Assembly (NCBI GenBank): GCA_015063455.1
Contig: SVUC01000002.1
Span: 1-50,452 of the forward strand
Source of the DNA: Oscillospiraceae bacterium
GTDB lineage: Bacteria; Bacillota; Clostridia; Oscillospirales; CAG-272
Length of the DNA: 50,452 nucleotides
Direction of reading: 5' to 3'
In this document: positions 18,246 through 26,626 of the stretch, piece after piece
How positions within the stretch are numbered: position 1 is the first letter of the stretch
How the letters are laid out: each line of letters starts with the position of its first letter
Notes under the pieces: model-generated
Database searches by the model: none
What the model was told of the DNA's origin: nothing
Seen by the model: only the letters and a program-made list of their open reading frames with translations
Translations under genes and position numbers: made by a program

Positions 18246-18799
18246 TCGAGATCCTCCTTTCTCAAAACATCGCGGAGTTTTTCGCGTGTTCTGTACAGCA
18301 TTGATTTCACTTTACTCTCCGAAAAACCGAATTGTTTTCCGATAGATCCGATCGAATCCATATACCAATATCGGCAAATAAAAACCTTCTGCTCTGTCTT
18401 TGGAAGTGAAATGACAAAAGAATTTATCACTTCGTTCAACCGTTTTTTCTCAAAGGTTTTCTCTACATCGTTTTCGGAAGATATACACTCCCCGAGCTCT
18501 TCAATGACAAGCGGCATCTCACCGCCGCCTCGCTTTTCGGCATTTTTCCGTCTCCACTTATCAATTGATATGCGCCTTGTTATTTTACCTAGGAACGTTG
18601 ACAGAACAGACGGACGATGCGGCGGTATGCTGTTCCAAGCATCAATGTATGTGTCGTTCACACTCTCCTCCGAGTCCTCGTGATTTGACAAAATATTATA
18701 AGCTATCGCATAACAATATTTTCCGTACTTTGCATCCGTCGCCAAAACTGCTTTTTCAGATCTCTCAAAATACAACTCAACGATCATCCTGTCGTCCAT
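18242..18799 (-). CDS. ECF-type sigma-70 family sigma factor (module 2)
   Basis: I chose the start at MDDRMIVELYF (ATG 18799) because AAGGAGGG lies 5 nt upstream. Region 2 (ESVNDTYIDAWNSIPPHRP) and a region 4 HTH are present. Confidence 0.88.
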   Translation of the reverse strand: MDDRMIVELYFERSEKAVLATDAKYGKYCYAIAYNILSNHEDSEESVNDTYIDAWNSIPPHRPSVLSTFLGKITRRISIDKWRRKNAEKRGGGEMPLVIEELGECISSENDVEKTFEKKRLNEVINSFVISLPKTEQKVFICRYWYMDSIGSIGKQFGFSESKVKSMLYRTREKLRDVLRKEDLE

Positions 18800-18834
18800 T
18801 CTATCCCTCCTTTTCATGTAAATTCCTCTTCACC

Positions 18835-18860
18835 TATATACTCGCAAAACGATAAGTTCC
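18835..18860 (-). promoter_or_regulatory. Candidate ECF-type autoregulated promoter (minus strand GGAAC-N15-TATATA)
   Basis: The minus strand reads GGAAC ttatcGTTTTGCGAG TATATA, 35 nt upstream of the sigma start codon. Spacing and the 16-nt core are the same as at 13992..14017. Confidence 0.5.
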
Positions 18861-18920
18861 GTTGCATATTTTTTGTTTTTTTCTATATTTTTATTATATA
18901 GTATCCCGACGAACAATGCA

Positions 18921-18976
18921 ACAAAAATCGGACATATTCTCACTAACGGGTTTTAGTGTAATGTGAATATATCCGA
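18921..18976 (-). terminator. Hairpin terminator downstream of 19001..20515
   Basis: 12-bp stem (tcggacatattc / gaatatatccga, one G-U pair on the minus RNA) with a large 25-nt loop, followed by a U-run on the minus strand. Confidence 0.5.
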
Positions 18977-19000
18977 TTTGTTTTTTTGTGTTTTCAAAAA

Positions 19001-20515
19001 TCAGCTCAATGGGTCTTCCTTATACGGGAAGAACTGCAGAGCATCCTGAATCGTCTTGAATGCTCCAGCGTCGTTCCATCCATTCGACATACGTTTTTCC
19101 TTAGCTGTCATAGCAGGATACTGCATCCACGTCTGCTGATGCGTATAGTTGATCCATGCATCCACGATAGAGCCCGGAAATGTCTCTTTGATCGTATATG
19201 AGATATATCCACGGTGATTCTCAACACCGCGAGGCATAGAAAACTCAGCAAACACATCCGTTTCGGTATTCTGGCCCCAGAATATACTGTCACTCGTATA
19301 AGTTTCCTCACCCAAGGTATAGTATGGAGATACAAATGTTGTGTCACCATCGTCATAAAGTACCTGACCGGTGAAATCACTCGCCTTTCCCCAGCCAACT
19401 CTTGATGCTGTTTCGTAAGCAGGCCACAGTTGGATCGATTCCGTTCCGTAAAATCCCGGATCGATCGTCCAGAGAAAATGGTGTATGATCTTCCACTGTT
19501 CTCGCTCTCCCGGAAGAAGAACACCGATTCCCGTGATTCTCAGTTCTTTCTGATCAAACACCATGTAGCTGTGTATCGATGTGTCAGTTCTCTCCTCTAC
19601 CCAACGTCCGTCGTTCGCTGGATAATCTGCAGAATCAACCACAACCTGAAGTGCACCGTCGCAGGAGATAATATCTTCATCTGTCATATCTTCAAGGATC
19701 GCCTCAGGGAATCCGAGAGATATAAGATGCTCTTTGATCGTCTCGATCTGCTCACTTTGCGATGTGTCCTTAGGCTTCCAATCCATTTTGAATTCCCCGC
19801 AGAACACATAAGCAAAGATAAGCCCAATCGTCAAAATAACAGACATAATACAGATCAGCACAAGATCTGAAATACGTATCAGTGCCGCTTTTATCATATA
19901 TCCTGCCTCATCCATCTCATCGGAAAGCTTCCACAAATTACGAATAATGCAGATATATGCCACGAAAATTATTACCGCAACAATAAAGTGCACCTGTCCG
20001 AATATTGCAAAAACACAAACAACAGAATACCATACCACAAGACCGACAGCACCGCCTGCCCCCTCCTCAAGACCTGCTTTTCTTTGCACAGATTTTATCC
20101 CCTGCCAAAGAAATAGTACTGTCGCAAATTGTATGATAACACCGACTGCACTCAAAACGTATGTGAATGGTGAATCGTATATTCTCGAAGAATATATCGT
20201 TGCGTTCAGAATCAGCGCAGAAAAATTATATGAAAATTTAACAATCGACAAAACGTAGCATCCGTTAAACCATCCGTTTTCACACCTCAATGTTCGGAAT
20301 CCAAGGAGCAGAAGAATATGTCCGATAAACGGAAGAATGAGGTTGAGTCCCCAAAAGTTCAGAGTAATGGCTGTCAGCGCAAGTCCGATCAGAACTCTGT
20401 GCATAGCCTTTTTCCACGGAGTCACTTCGTTTACAACATCATCAGGCAAAAAATCAGGCATACCCTCCTCAAGAACCAAATCAAATCTGTTCTCGTCTGC
20501 AGGATCATATCTCAT
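19001..20515 (-). CDS. Polytopic membrane protein with a ~270-aa C-terminal soluble domain; candidate anti-sigma or sensor partner of sigma module 3
   Basis: I chose the start at ATG 20515 because GGAGG lies 8 nt upstream, giving an 11-nt overlap with the sigma stop. There are about six hydrophobic helices, then an unrecognised domain. Confidence 0.65.
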   Translation of the reverse strand: MRYDPADENRFDLVLEEGMPDFLPDDVVNEVTPWKKAMHRVLIGLALTAITLNFWGLNLILPFIGHILLLLGFRTLRCENGWFNGCYVLSIVKFSYNFSALILNATIYSSRIYDSPFTYVLSAVGVIIQFATVLFLWQGIKSVQRKAGLEEGAGGAVGLVVWYSVVCVFAIFGQVHFIVAVIIFVAYICIIRNLWKLSDEMDEAGYMIKAALIRISDLVLICIMSVILTIGLIFAYVFCGEFKMDWKPKDTSQSEQIETIKEHLISLGFPEAILEDMTDEDIISCDGALQVVVDSADYPANDGRWVEERTDTSIHSYMVFDQKELRITGIGVLLPGEREQWKIIHHFLWTIDPGFYGTESIQLWPAYETASRVGWGKASDFTGQVLYDDGDTTFVSPYYTLGEETYTSDSIFWGQNTETDVFAEFSMPRGVENHRGYISYTIKETFPGSIVDAWINYTHQQTWMQYPAMTAKEKRMSNGWNDAGAFKTIQDALQFFPYKEDPLS

Positions 20516-21047
20516 TCTCTTCACCTCCGATCAAATACCTCAGTTTCTTTCTGATTCGGTAAAGCTTCCCCTCAACTGCACGCTCGGTCATACAAAGCTC
20601 GGCTGCAATCTTTGAGGTCGGCTGCAAATAATAGTATTTTCTGTAAAATATGTTCTTATCTTTTGATGAAAGTTGTTCTATCGCCAGCTTCAGCTCGCGC
20701 TGTCTCTCTTTTTTCAGGATGACCTCCTCGGGTGTCATCTCGGGGGACGGGGAGTTCTCGTCCTCTTCCTCGGAGTAATGTCTCTCTTCGTAGCGCGCCT
20801 TGTTCAGCGCGGTATTTCTTGTTATAGCGGTCAGCCAAGTCGTGAAAGAGCCTCTGTCTTCATCAAACATATCTATTTTATCCCACACTCGCATCGCAGT
20901 TTCAGAGACACATTCCTCCACATCGTGACCGCTTTTCAAAATCGGTGAGATAATATATCTCATAAGCGGACCGTAATGGAGCAGAAATTCTTCCATACCG
21001 CGTTCATCACGCATCTGCAGAAGAGTGATTATTTCCGAGTCACGCAT
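20505..21047 (-). CDS. ECF-type sigma-70 family sigma factor (module 3)
   Basis: I chose the start at MRDSEIITLL (ATG 21047), with GGGGGAGG upstream. Region 2 (VEECVSETAMRVWDKI ... FTTWLTAITRNTALN) and region 4 (IAAELCMTERAVEGKLYRIRKKL) are present. Confidence 0.88.
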   Translation of the reverse strand: MRDSEIITLLQMRDERGMEEFLLHYGPLMRYIISPILKSGHDVEECVSETAMRVWDKIDMFDEDRGSFTTWLTAITRNTALNKARYEERHYSEEEDENSPSPEMTPEEVILKKERQRELKLAIEQLSSKDKNIFYRKYYYLQPTSKIAAELCMTERAVEGKLYRIRKKLRYLIGGEENEI

Positions 21048-21164
21048 AGTCCTCCCCCTTTCGTTCTGTCCTATCATCTATATTATACACTACACGGCAT
21101 AAAATCCCACGTTTTTCTCAAAAAAATATTTTTTGAACTATTTGTAACTTTATCCCATAATATA

Positions 21165-21193
21165 TTGACAATTCGGTCTACTTGCAGTAGAAT
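21165..21193 (+). promoter_or_regulatory. Sigma-A type promoter of the blaI-like gene (TTGACA-17 nt-TAGAAT)
   Basis: TTGACA at 21165-21170 and TAGAAT at 21188-21193, with an exact 17-nt spacer. Confidence 0.65.
21177..21191. promoter_or_regulatory. Candidate BlaI/CopY-family operator 1 (TCTACT-N3-AGTAGA)
   Basis: Perfect 6+6 palindrome TCTACTtgcAGTAGA that overlaps the spacer and -10 box of the promoter. Confidence 0.6.
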
Positions 21194-21203
21194 GGAAATG
21201 CAG

Positions 21204-21218
21204 TCTACTAACAGTAGA
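21204..21218. promoter_or_regulatory. Candidate BlaI/CopY-family operator 2 (TCTACT-N3-AGTAGA)
   Basis: Second perfect palindrome TCTACTaacAGTAGA, centred 27 bp after the first, between the -10 box and the RBS. Confidence 0.6.
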
Positions 21219-21244
21219 TCAATTGTATATCGGAGGTTACAATT

Positions 21245-21604
21245 ATGGCTGAAATAAAGCTTGGAGAAATTGAATCGCGTTTTGCTGAGATCATATGGAC
21301 AAACGAGCCGCTCTCCTCAAGCCAGCTTGCAAAAATGGCAGAGGCTGAGCTTGGATGGAAGAAATCAACAACTTATACTATTCTGAAACGTTTGTGCGAT
21401 CGTGGAATATTCCGGAATCAGAACGGTACGGTCTCGTCACTGATCACAAAAAACGAATTCTACGCGATGCAGAGCGAAAAATTTGTTGATGAGAGCTTCG
21501 ACGGTTCTCTTCCTGCATTTCTTACGGCATTCTCTATGCGAAAAAAGTACACCGATGAAGAAGTGGAGAAGATGAAGCAGATCCTTGACTCAATGAGGGG
21601 GTGA
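21245..21604 (+). CDS. BlaI/MecI/CopY family winged-helix transcriptional repressor
   Basis: 119 aa. The penicillinase-repressor pattern is present (SQLAKMAEAELGWKKSTTYTILKRLCDRGIF). RBS GGAGG. Confidence 0.88.
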   Translation: MAEIKLGEIESRFAEIIWTNEPLSSSQLAKMAEAELGWKKSTTYTILKRLCDRGIFRNQNGTVSSLITKNEFYAMQSEKFVDESFDGSLPAFLTAFSMRKKYTDEEVEKMKQILDSMRG

Positions 21605-21710
21605 TGGTTTGAAAATGAAGCAGGAACATATTGTATGTAAAGCTATTTCAAACCCGTTTTTGTGTCTTCGTTCTTCAACACACAAAAGCCAAAGAAAGGA
21701 GCGATCATAA

Positions 21711-24602
21711 ATGCTGGATACGATCTTTTTGCAGATATTCGATATGACGAAGGTGGCAAGCCTTGTCATACTGATCGTTTTGCTTGTGCGTCTTTGTCTG
21801 AAGCGGGCGCCAAAAGTGATCTCCTATGCGCTCTGGGCGGTGGTACTCTTCCGCCTGCTTTGCCCTGTAAGCATTGAGGCCCCGATCAGCGTGATTCCAC
21901 ATACTGAGCCTACGATTGAAACCTACGATCTGCTGAATGAGCCGATCACTCCGATTGCGGCGATTGATGCAGCACAGCAAGCTGTCGGTGATGTCCTCAA
22001 CGGCGGTATCGGAACTCAGCACGTTTACACTACCAATTATCTTGAAGACGGAACACGCCGTATTATCTCGACTGATTGGAATACGGTCTGGATCCTGTTC
22101 ACCAAATTTGTCTGGCTCGGTGGAATGGCTGCACTGCTCATCTACAGTACCGTTTCTCTCATTAGGCTGAAGAGGCGTCTCATCGGTGCGATTCTGCTTC
22201 GGGACAATATCTATCTCGCCGATCATATTGATTCACCGTTCGTGATGGGGCTGATACGTCCGATGATATATCTGCCATCCTCTCTCTCGGAGAAGGAACG
22301 TGACTACATCATCCTGCACGAGCAGCATCATATCCGTCGCGGAGACCATATCGTTAAGCTGTTGTCCTTTATCGCGCTGTGTCTGCACTGCTTCAATCCG
22401 CTCGTGTGGGTGGCATTCATTCTCTCAAGCAAGGATATGGAGATGAGCTGTGATGAAGCAGTTATTCGTAAACTCGGAGATGGCATCCGTGCGGATTATT
22501 CTGCATCCCTCATCAGTCTTGCGACCGGCCGCAGAATTATCGCGGGTACTCCGCTGGCATTCGGCGAAGGCAACACGGAAGGACGCATCAAGAATATTGC
22601 GCGGTGGAAGAAACCTGCTCTGTGGGTAATTCTTGCGGCAATTCTCGTAACTGTTGTCGTAATAGTTTGTCTGGTTACCGATCCTGCACAGAAAAACACA
22701 TCATTGATGGGTGCTGACTACAGAGTCGAAGAAGTTCTGTACGACTCATCAGGGGATATCGAATATAAAGACAACGGAGAGGCAATGGTCAGCATAACAG
22801 CTGATTATGTGCTTCACGAAAAATCATCTACTGGAAGCTGGCGTGAGCTTGGCAAGCTTGAGAAATACGATCTCGATATAGACGAGCTGAAAAAATACAC
22901 ATCATCTCCGAACGGTTGGAGAAGGTTTTATCAAATAGGTGAGATCTCCGACTCGTATATCCTCAGACTTGACGACGGAAACAATTTCTTTATTGTATTC
23001 CAGACAGTAAAAGGTGATACTCTCGCAGGGTACGGATGGGAAGATGTAAGCGAAAGAGATCAAGGTGACTCTGACGACACATATCTCAGATGGCTGTGCA
23101 GACTTGAAAGTATTTTCGATGACGCTGATCACACAGGAAATTTTTTCGAGCGTTCCCTGTACGCATCCGTCGGGTCTGATGTTGACATATTCCACACCTG
23201 GATGAACGCAAAGAATCGCGGATACAGAATCGTTGCGTTTGTTGCGGGAGATGATATTCCGACCGATGATAAAAAATCAAATATTGATTCCCTTCTCACG
23301 GGGGAGCAAAATGTCAGCGAAAAAACCGATATGGGTTTTGCGGTGTTTTATCACACAAAAGACGAATCGGGGTACAGGCTTTTGAGCTGTTATTCATATA
23401 AAGATGCCGCACTCGCAGAAAACGGGGTATTCACGTGTCCAGACCGAGCTTCCCTCTCACTTGACGGTGAATCATCCCCCGCCTCGACATACGATGTTGT
23501 TCTTCTCAACAACGATAATATCGAAAAAATCACACGAATTTACGAATATCCAGACGGAAAGACAAAAACAGTATCCGCTACTCATCTCTTCGCAAAAGAA
23601 ATGGTTTTGTTCTCATGTGAGGAAAAAGCCAATGCTTCAAGGATCTGGCAATACTGCTACGACGAATTCGGTGAGCTTGTAGGTACAGCTAAAATGCTTG
23701 ATGGGAACTATCAGAGAGATATCGCAATGTCCCCAACAAACGCAGGACTTTACGGTGTGTATGACAGCTACTTGTTCATTTCTCTCGGTGGTCAAACGTA
23801 CCGTTATGAAAGAATAAACACAAATCTTGAGCAAACAGAAGAATATGTGACCTTGGAGGAAGCTAAAGATCAGCCGAGGACCATTTGCTGTTTCAAGCAA
23901 GGAGATATCAAAATCACACCAGTAAAGGTAATAGATGTTGTCGGACAAATAGATAATGGTATTTCATATTTAAGACCGTCTGATCGGAAATGGGTAGTTT
24001 ATGCCCTCAAAGAATTTGATCTGTCAACCGTACTTGTTGTCTCTCCTGCTCAATCGGAAAATGAAAACGTAGTCAAATTCCTGTATCGCAACTGTCCGCC
24101 AAAGGCTGTCGATCCCACTATGCTGAACACCGTAAAGGAAGAAGGAATGGTAGTACACGAGGATCTGAGAGTTACGTCGGGAGAGGATAAGTGGATCGAG
24201 TTCTATGAAAAAACACAGCGAGGAGAAAGTGCAAAAATACAAGTCGCACATTACTACACTCTTGACGAGCACAATATGGTCGACGTGTTATACCGAGCCG
24301 TTCGTGAAGATTACCCATCTCTGTACATTAATGATCTCACTTATGACGGCAGCACTTACACAATTACTTGGGATGAATACGGGACATCTTACAGGAGAGA
24401 ATACAAATATCTCAAAAAGGATGTTGAAACTATTCAGCACCACTCAGAACCAAACAAAAAAACAACTGTCACACGGTATTTGCTACTGAACGATCCAAAC
24501 GTTACCTACAATCAGATTCGGAGTCAAATGCTCAGCTCACAAATGCCGTATAATCCACTCGAATCATACATAGTCTATACAAATTATGAGAAGGTAGAAT
24601 AA
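21711..24602 (+). CDS. BlaR1/M56 family membrane metalloprotease-type signal transducer with a ~640-aa unrecognised extracytoplasmic C-terminal region
   Basis: The N-terminus has the typical M56 topology, and HEQHHIRRGDH supplies the HExxH motif. A further TM helix (ALWVILAAILVTVVVIVCLV) lies near aa 305-325, followed by about 640 aa with no motif I recognise. RBS AAGGAG. Confidence 0.85.
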   Translation: MLDTIFLQIFDMTKVASLVILIVLLVRLCLKRAPKVISYALWAVVLFRLLCPVSIEAPISVIPHTEPTIETYDLLNEPITPIAAIDAAQQAVGDVLNGGIGTQHVYTTNYLEDGTRRIISTDWNTVWILFTKFVWLGGMAALLIYSTVSLIRLKRRLIGAILLRDNIYLADHIDSPFVMGLIRPMIYLPSSLSEKERDYIILHEQHHIRRGDHIVKLLSFIALCLHCFNPLVWVAFILSSKDMEMSCDEAVIRKLGDGIRADYSASLISLATGRRIIAGTPLAFGEGNTEGRIKNIARWKKPALWVILAAILVTVVVIVCLVTDPAQKNTSLMGADYRVEEVLYDSSGDIEYKDNGEAMVSITADYVLHEKSSTGSWRELGKLEKYDLDIDELKKYTSSPNGWRRFYQIGEISDSYILRLDDGNNFFIVFQTVKGDTLAGYGWEDVSERDQGDSDDTYLRWLCRLESIFDDADHTGNFFERSLYASVGSDVDIFHTWMNAKNRGYRIVAFVAGDDIPTDDKKSNIDSLLTGEQNVSEKTDMGFAVFYHTKDESGYRLLSCYSYKDAALAENGVFTCPDRASLSLDGESSPASTYDVVLLNNDNIEKITRIYEYPDGKTKTVSATHLFAKEMVLFSCEEKANASRIWQYCYDEFGELVGTAKMLDGNYQRDIAMSPTNAGLYGVYDSYLFISLGGQTYRYERINTNLEQTEEYVTLEEAKDQPRTICCFKQGDIKITPVKVIDVVGQIDNGISYLRPSDRKWVVYALKEFDLSTVLVVSPAQSENENVVKFLYRNCPPKAVDPTMLNTVKEEGMVVHEDLRVTSGEDKWIEFYEKTQRGESAKIQVAHYYTLDEHNMVDVLYRAVREDYPSLYINDLTYDGSTYTITWDEYGTSYRREYKYLKKDVETIQHHSEPNKKTTVTRYLLLNDPNVTYNQIRSQMLSSQMPYNPLESYIVYTNYEKVE

Positions 24603-24664
24603 AACAACAAACCGATACAGGAAACTGTATCGGTTTTGTTTACTGAAAAAATTGATATTTTTGA

Positions 24665-25987
24665 TTATTTGATCTTTATGTAGATCTCACCCGTGTAGCT
24701 TTCAATCATAAGATCGGTATCACATTTATCCTCGTCGATAAGATATCCTACCCTGTACTGACCATCGCCAAGATATTCTCTGTAAACGGGAGATGTTGTC
24801 ACAGCGTACTTGTTCGGAACTCTGTCGACAACGCAATTGTCAGCATATTGGATCTTTACTTCATCCCCTTCAACAGAGTAACCTCTGAGATTGAATCCGT
24901 TTATACAAGCGGTAAGGAACTCGTCATCCACCGTTACGTTGTCCACTGTAAGCGTAACAACGCAAAGACGTTTCTTTACCGTCTCAGATTCTCCGAAATA
25001 TCTTGTATTATTCTCTTCATTATAGATGACAGGAGTACGATTATATGTAATAAAGCTGCCGTTTTCATCTACAAATCTGTCGATGAAGTCTTTATAAATG
25101 ATCGCTGAAGGGTCAAGGGATTTAATATCATCGAAAAATTCAGCTCTGTTTACTGTTATCGTGTATTCTCCGCGTTCTTCAGTCACAGCCTCTCCAATCT
25201 GACTCAAGGATGAGGTGTGAATATGTCTCTCATCGCGGGTCCATACATCCGGCAGACCGCTCTCTGTTGTGTCTCCAAGCTCATTTAATATCGGAATCGT
25301 GAGAGTGATGTCGTTGGTCTCCTCAACTGAAATCTCAGATGCGATATTCACAAGCTCGTCATCTGTGATCCCATAGCTTACCCAAGCTTTTACAACGAAC
25401 TCGTCTTCCTCGAGAACAATGTAAACTACTCGATCATAATAGCTTGCCTCAGATTTCTTTATCACATATATCGAGTTCTTCCCTGCCTCAATTCTCTCCG
25501 TACCCACAGCACCGTCGATCAGGTGATCGAGATCCCCTCTTCTGAGGTCAACGCCGTTGAAGGTTATTGAACGGGAATCGTCGGTCCCCTCCCATTTTCC
25601 GTTAGCTGTAAGATCAGGTACCATATCTTCGGGCATCGAGGGAATATTTAATGTCACATTGATCTCGCCTTCACCGGCATTCCAGCTTCTGAGAGGCTTT
25701 GATCCTGTAAGATCGGGATCGGTTTTGCCCTCCGAAATTCCCGCATGTACCAGAACATCGTATCCATTCTGCTCAATGCGAAAATCAACAAACTGTACCG
25801 CAGCATATACTCCAACGGACAGAACTGACAGCGCTGCCGCAATTGCCGCGATCTTCAGCGGAATGTATCTGTTGTAGGCTGATGTTCTTTTTTCTGTTTT
25901 ATCTGCGGCCCCCTCCCGTGCAAGTGCAGAGAGAACAGCCCTCTTTTTATCCTCGTATGATTTAGAAAAAATATGTTTATCTCTCAT
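24665..25987 (-). CDS. Putative anti-sigma factor, single-pass membrane protein with a ~375-aa ectodomain
   Basis: 11-nt overlap with the end of the sigma gene. TM helix IAAIAAALSVLSVGVYAAV around aa 45-65. Confidence 0.65.
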   Translation of the reverse strand: MRDKHIFSKSYEDKKRAVLSALAREGAADKTEKRTSAYNRYIPLKIAAIAAALSVLSVGVYAAVQFVDFRIEQNGYDVLVHAGISEGKTDPDLTGSKPLRSWNAGEGEINVTLNIPSMPEDMVPDLTANGKWEGTDDSRSITFNGVDLRRGDLDHLIDGAVGTERIEAGKNSIYVIKKSEASYYDRVVYIVLEEDEFVVKAWVSYGITDDELVNIASEISVEETNDITLTIPILNELGDTTESGLPDVWTRDERHIHTSSLSQIGEAVTEERGEYTITVNRAEFFDDIKSLDPSAIIYKDFIDRFVDENGSFITYNRTPVIYNEENNTRYFGESETVKKRLCVVTLTVDNVTVDDEFLTACINGFNLRGYSVEGDEVKIQYADNCVVDRVPNKYAVTTSPVYREYLGDGQYRVGYLIDEDKCDTDLMIESYTGEIYIKIK

Positions 25988-26504
25988 GGATATTCTCCTT
26001 TTTTTCGTTTGGTATCTTCATCATATCGTGTATCAATCTTCTCGCCCTCTCACATCTTTTCCGAACACAAGCTTCACTTATCTTCAGAACCGCTGATGTT
26101 TCCCGTACACTCAAGCAATCTATGAACAAGCATTGTACAACACTTCTGTATTTGCGCGGAAGGTCTGAAATCACAGACTCAGCCTCAAGGGTAGTCATCG
26201 CGTCCTCTTCGGTCACGGTATCTGACATATCGTCGAATGACATACAGTTATCAAACTGCTTTTTTCGGCTGCGGTAAATATCAAGTGCAGAGCTTCTGAT
26301 CGTCTTTTTTATGTATCCTTTCACTGATGGAGATCTCGGATCGGTGATCTTATCTCTGTTTCTGATGAGTCTCAGAAACGCCTCGTGTACGGCGTCCTCA
26401 GCCAAGTATTCGTCGTGCAGTATACTGTAAGCTTCAAAATACAACTTTTGTTCGTATAATCTATAGAGAGCAGCTATTATATCTTCGCTGTCATTCAGTG
26501 GCAT
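25977..26504 (-). CDS. ECF-type sigma-70 family sigma factor (module 4)
   Basis: I chose the start at MPLNDSEDII (ATG 26504), with AGGAG 7 nt upstream. The longer ORF would run through the upstream terminator. Region 2 (AEDAVHEAFLRLI) and region 4 (LSVRETSAVLKISEACVRKRCERAR) are present. Confidence 0.85.
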   Translation of the reverse strand: MPLNDSEDIIAALYRLYEQKLYFEAYSILHDEYLAEDAVHEAFLRLIRNRDKITDPRSPSVKGYIKKTIRSSALDIYRSRKKQFDNCMSFDDMSDTVTEEDAMTTLEAESVISDLPRKYRSVVQCLFIDCLSVRETSAVLKISEACVRKRCERARRLIHDMMKIPNEKKENIHER

Positions 26505-26580
26505 ACCATCGCTCCTTTCCTTGTTTCTAAGTCCGGACATAAAATATAACGATACACGAGTGTGTTTTGTGACACAAATC

Positions 26581-26610
26581 AAAAAAATGGGGTGAATTTT
26601 ATTTCACCCC
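26581..26610 (-). terminator. Rho-independent terminator of 26627..27349
   Basis: The minus-strand RNA reads GGGGUGAA-AUAAAA-UUCACCCC followed by AUUUUUUU. Confidence 0.8.
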
Positions 26611-26626
26611 GCCGAGATATTCTTTT

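Noticed and set aside
21615-21710. A 31-codon ORF (MKQEHIVCKAISNPFLCLRSSTHKSQRKERS) that fills the blaI/blaR1 spacer and ends immediately before the blaR1-like ATG.
   Set aside because: It has no Shine-Dalgarno sequence upstream and no recognisable peptide features. The spacer is better explained by a hairpin and the RBS of the following gene. A leader peptide cannot be excluded without ribosome profiling.
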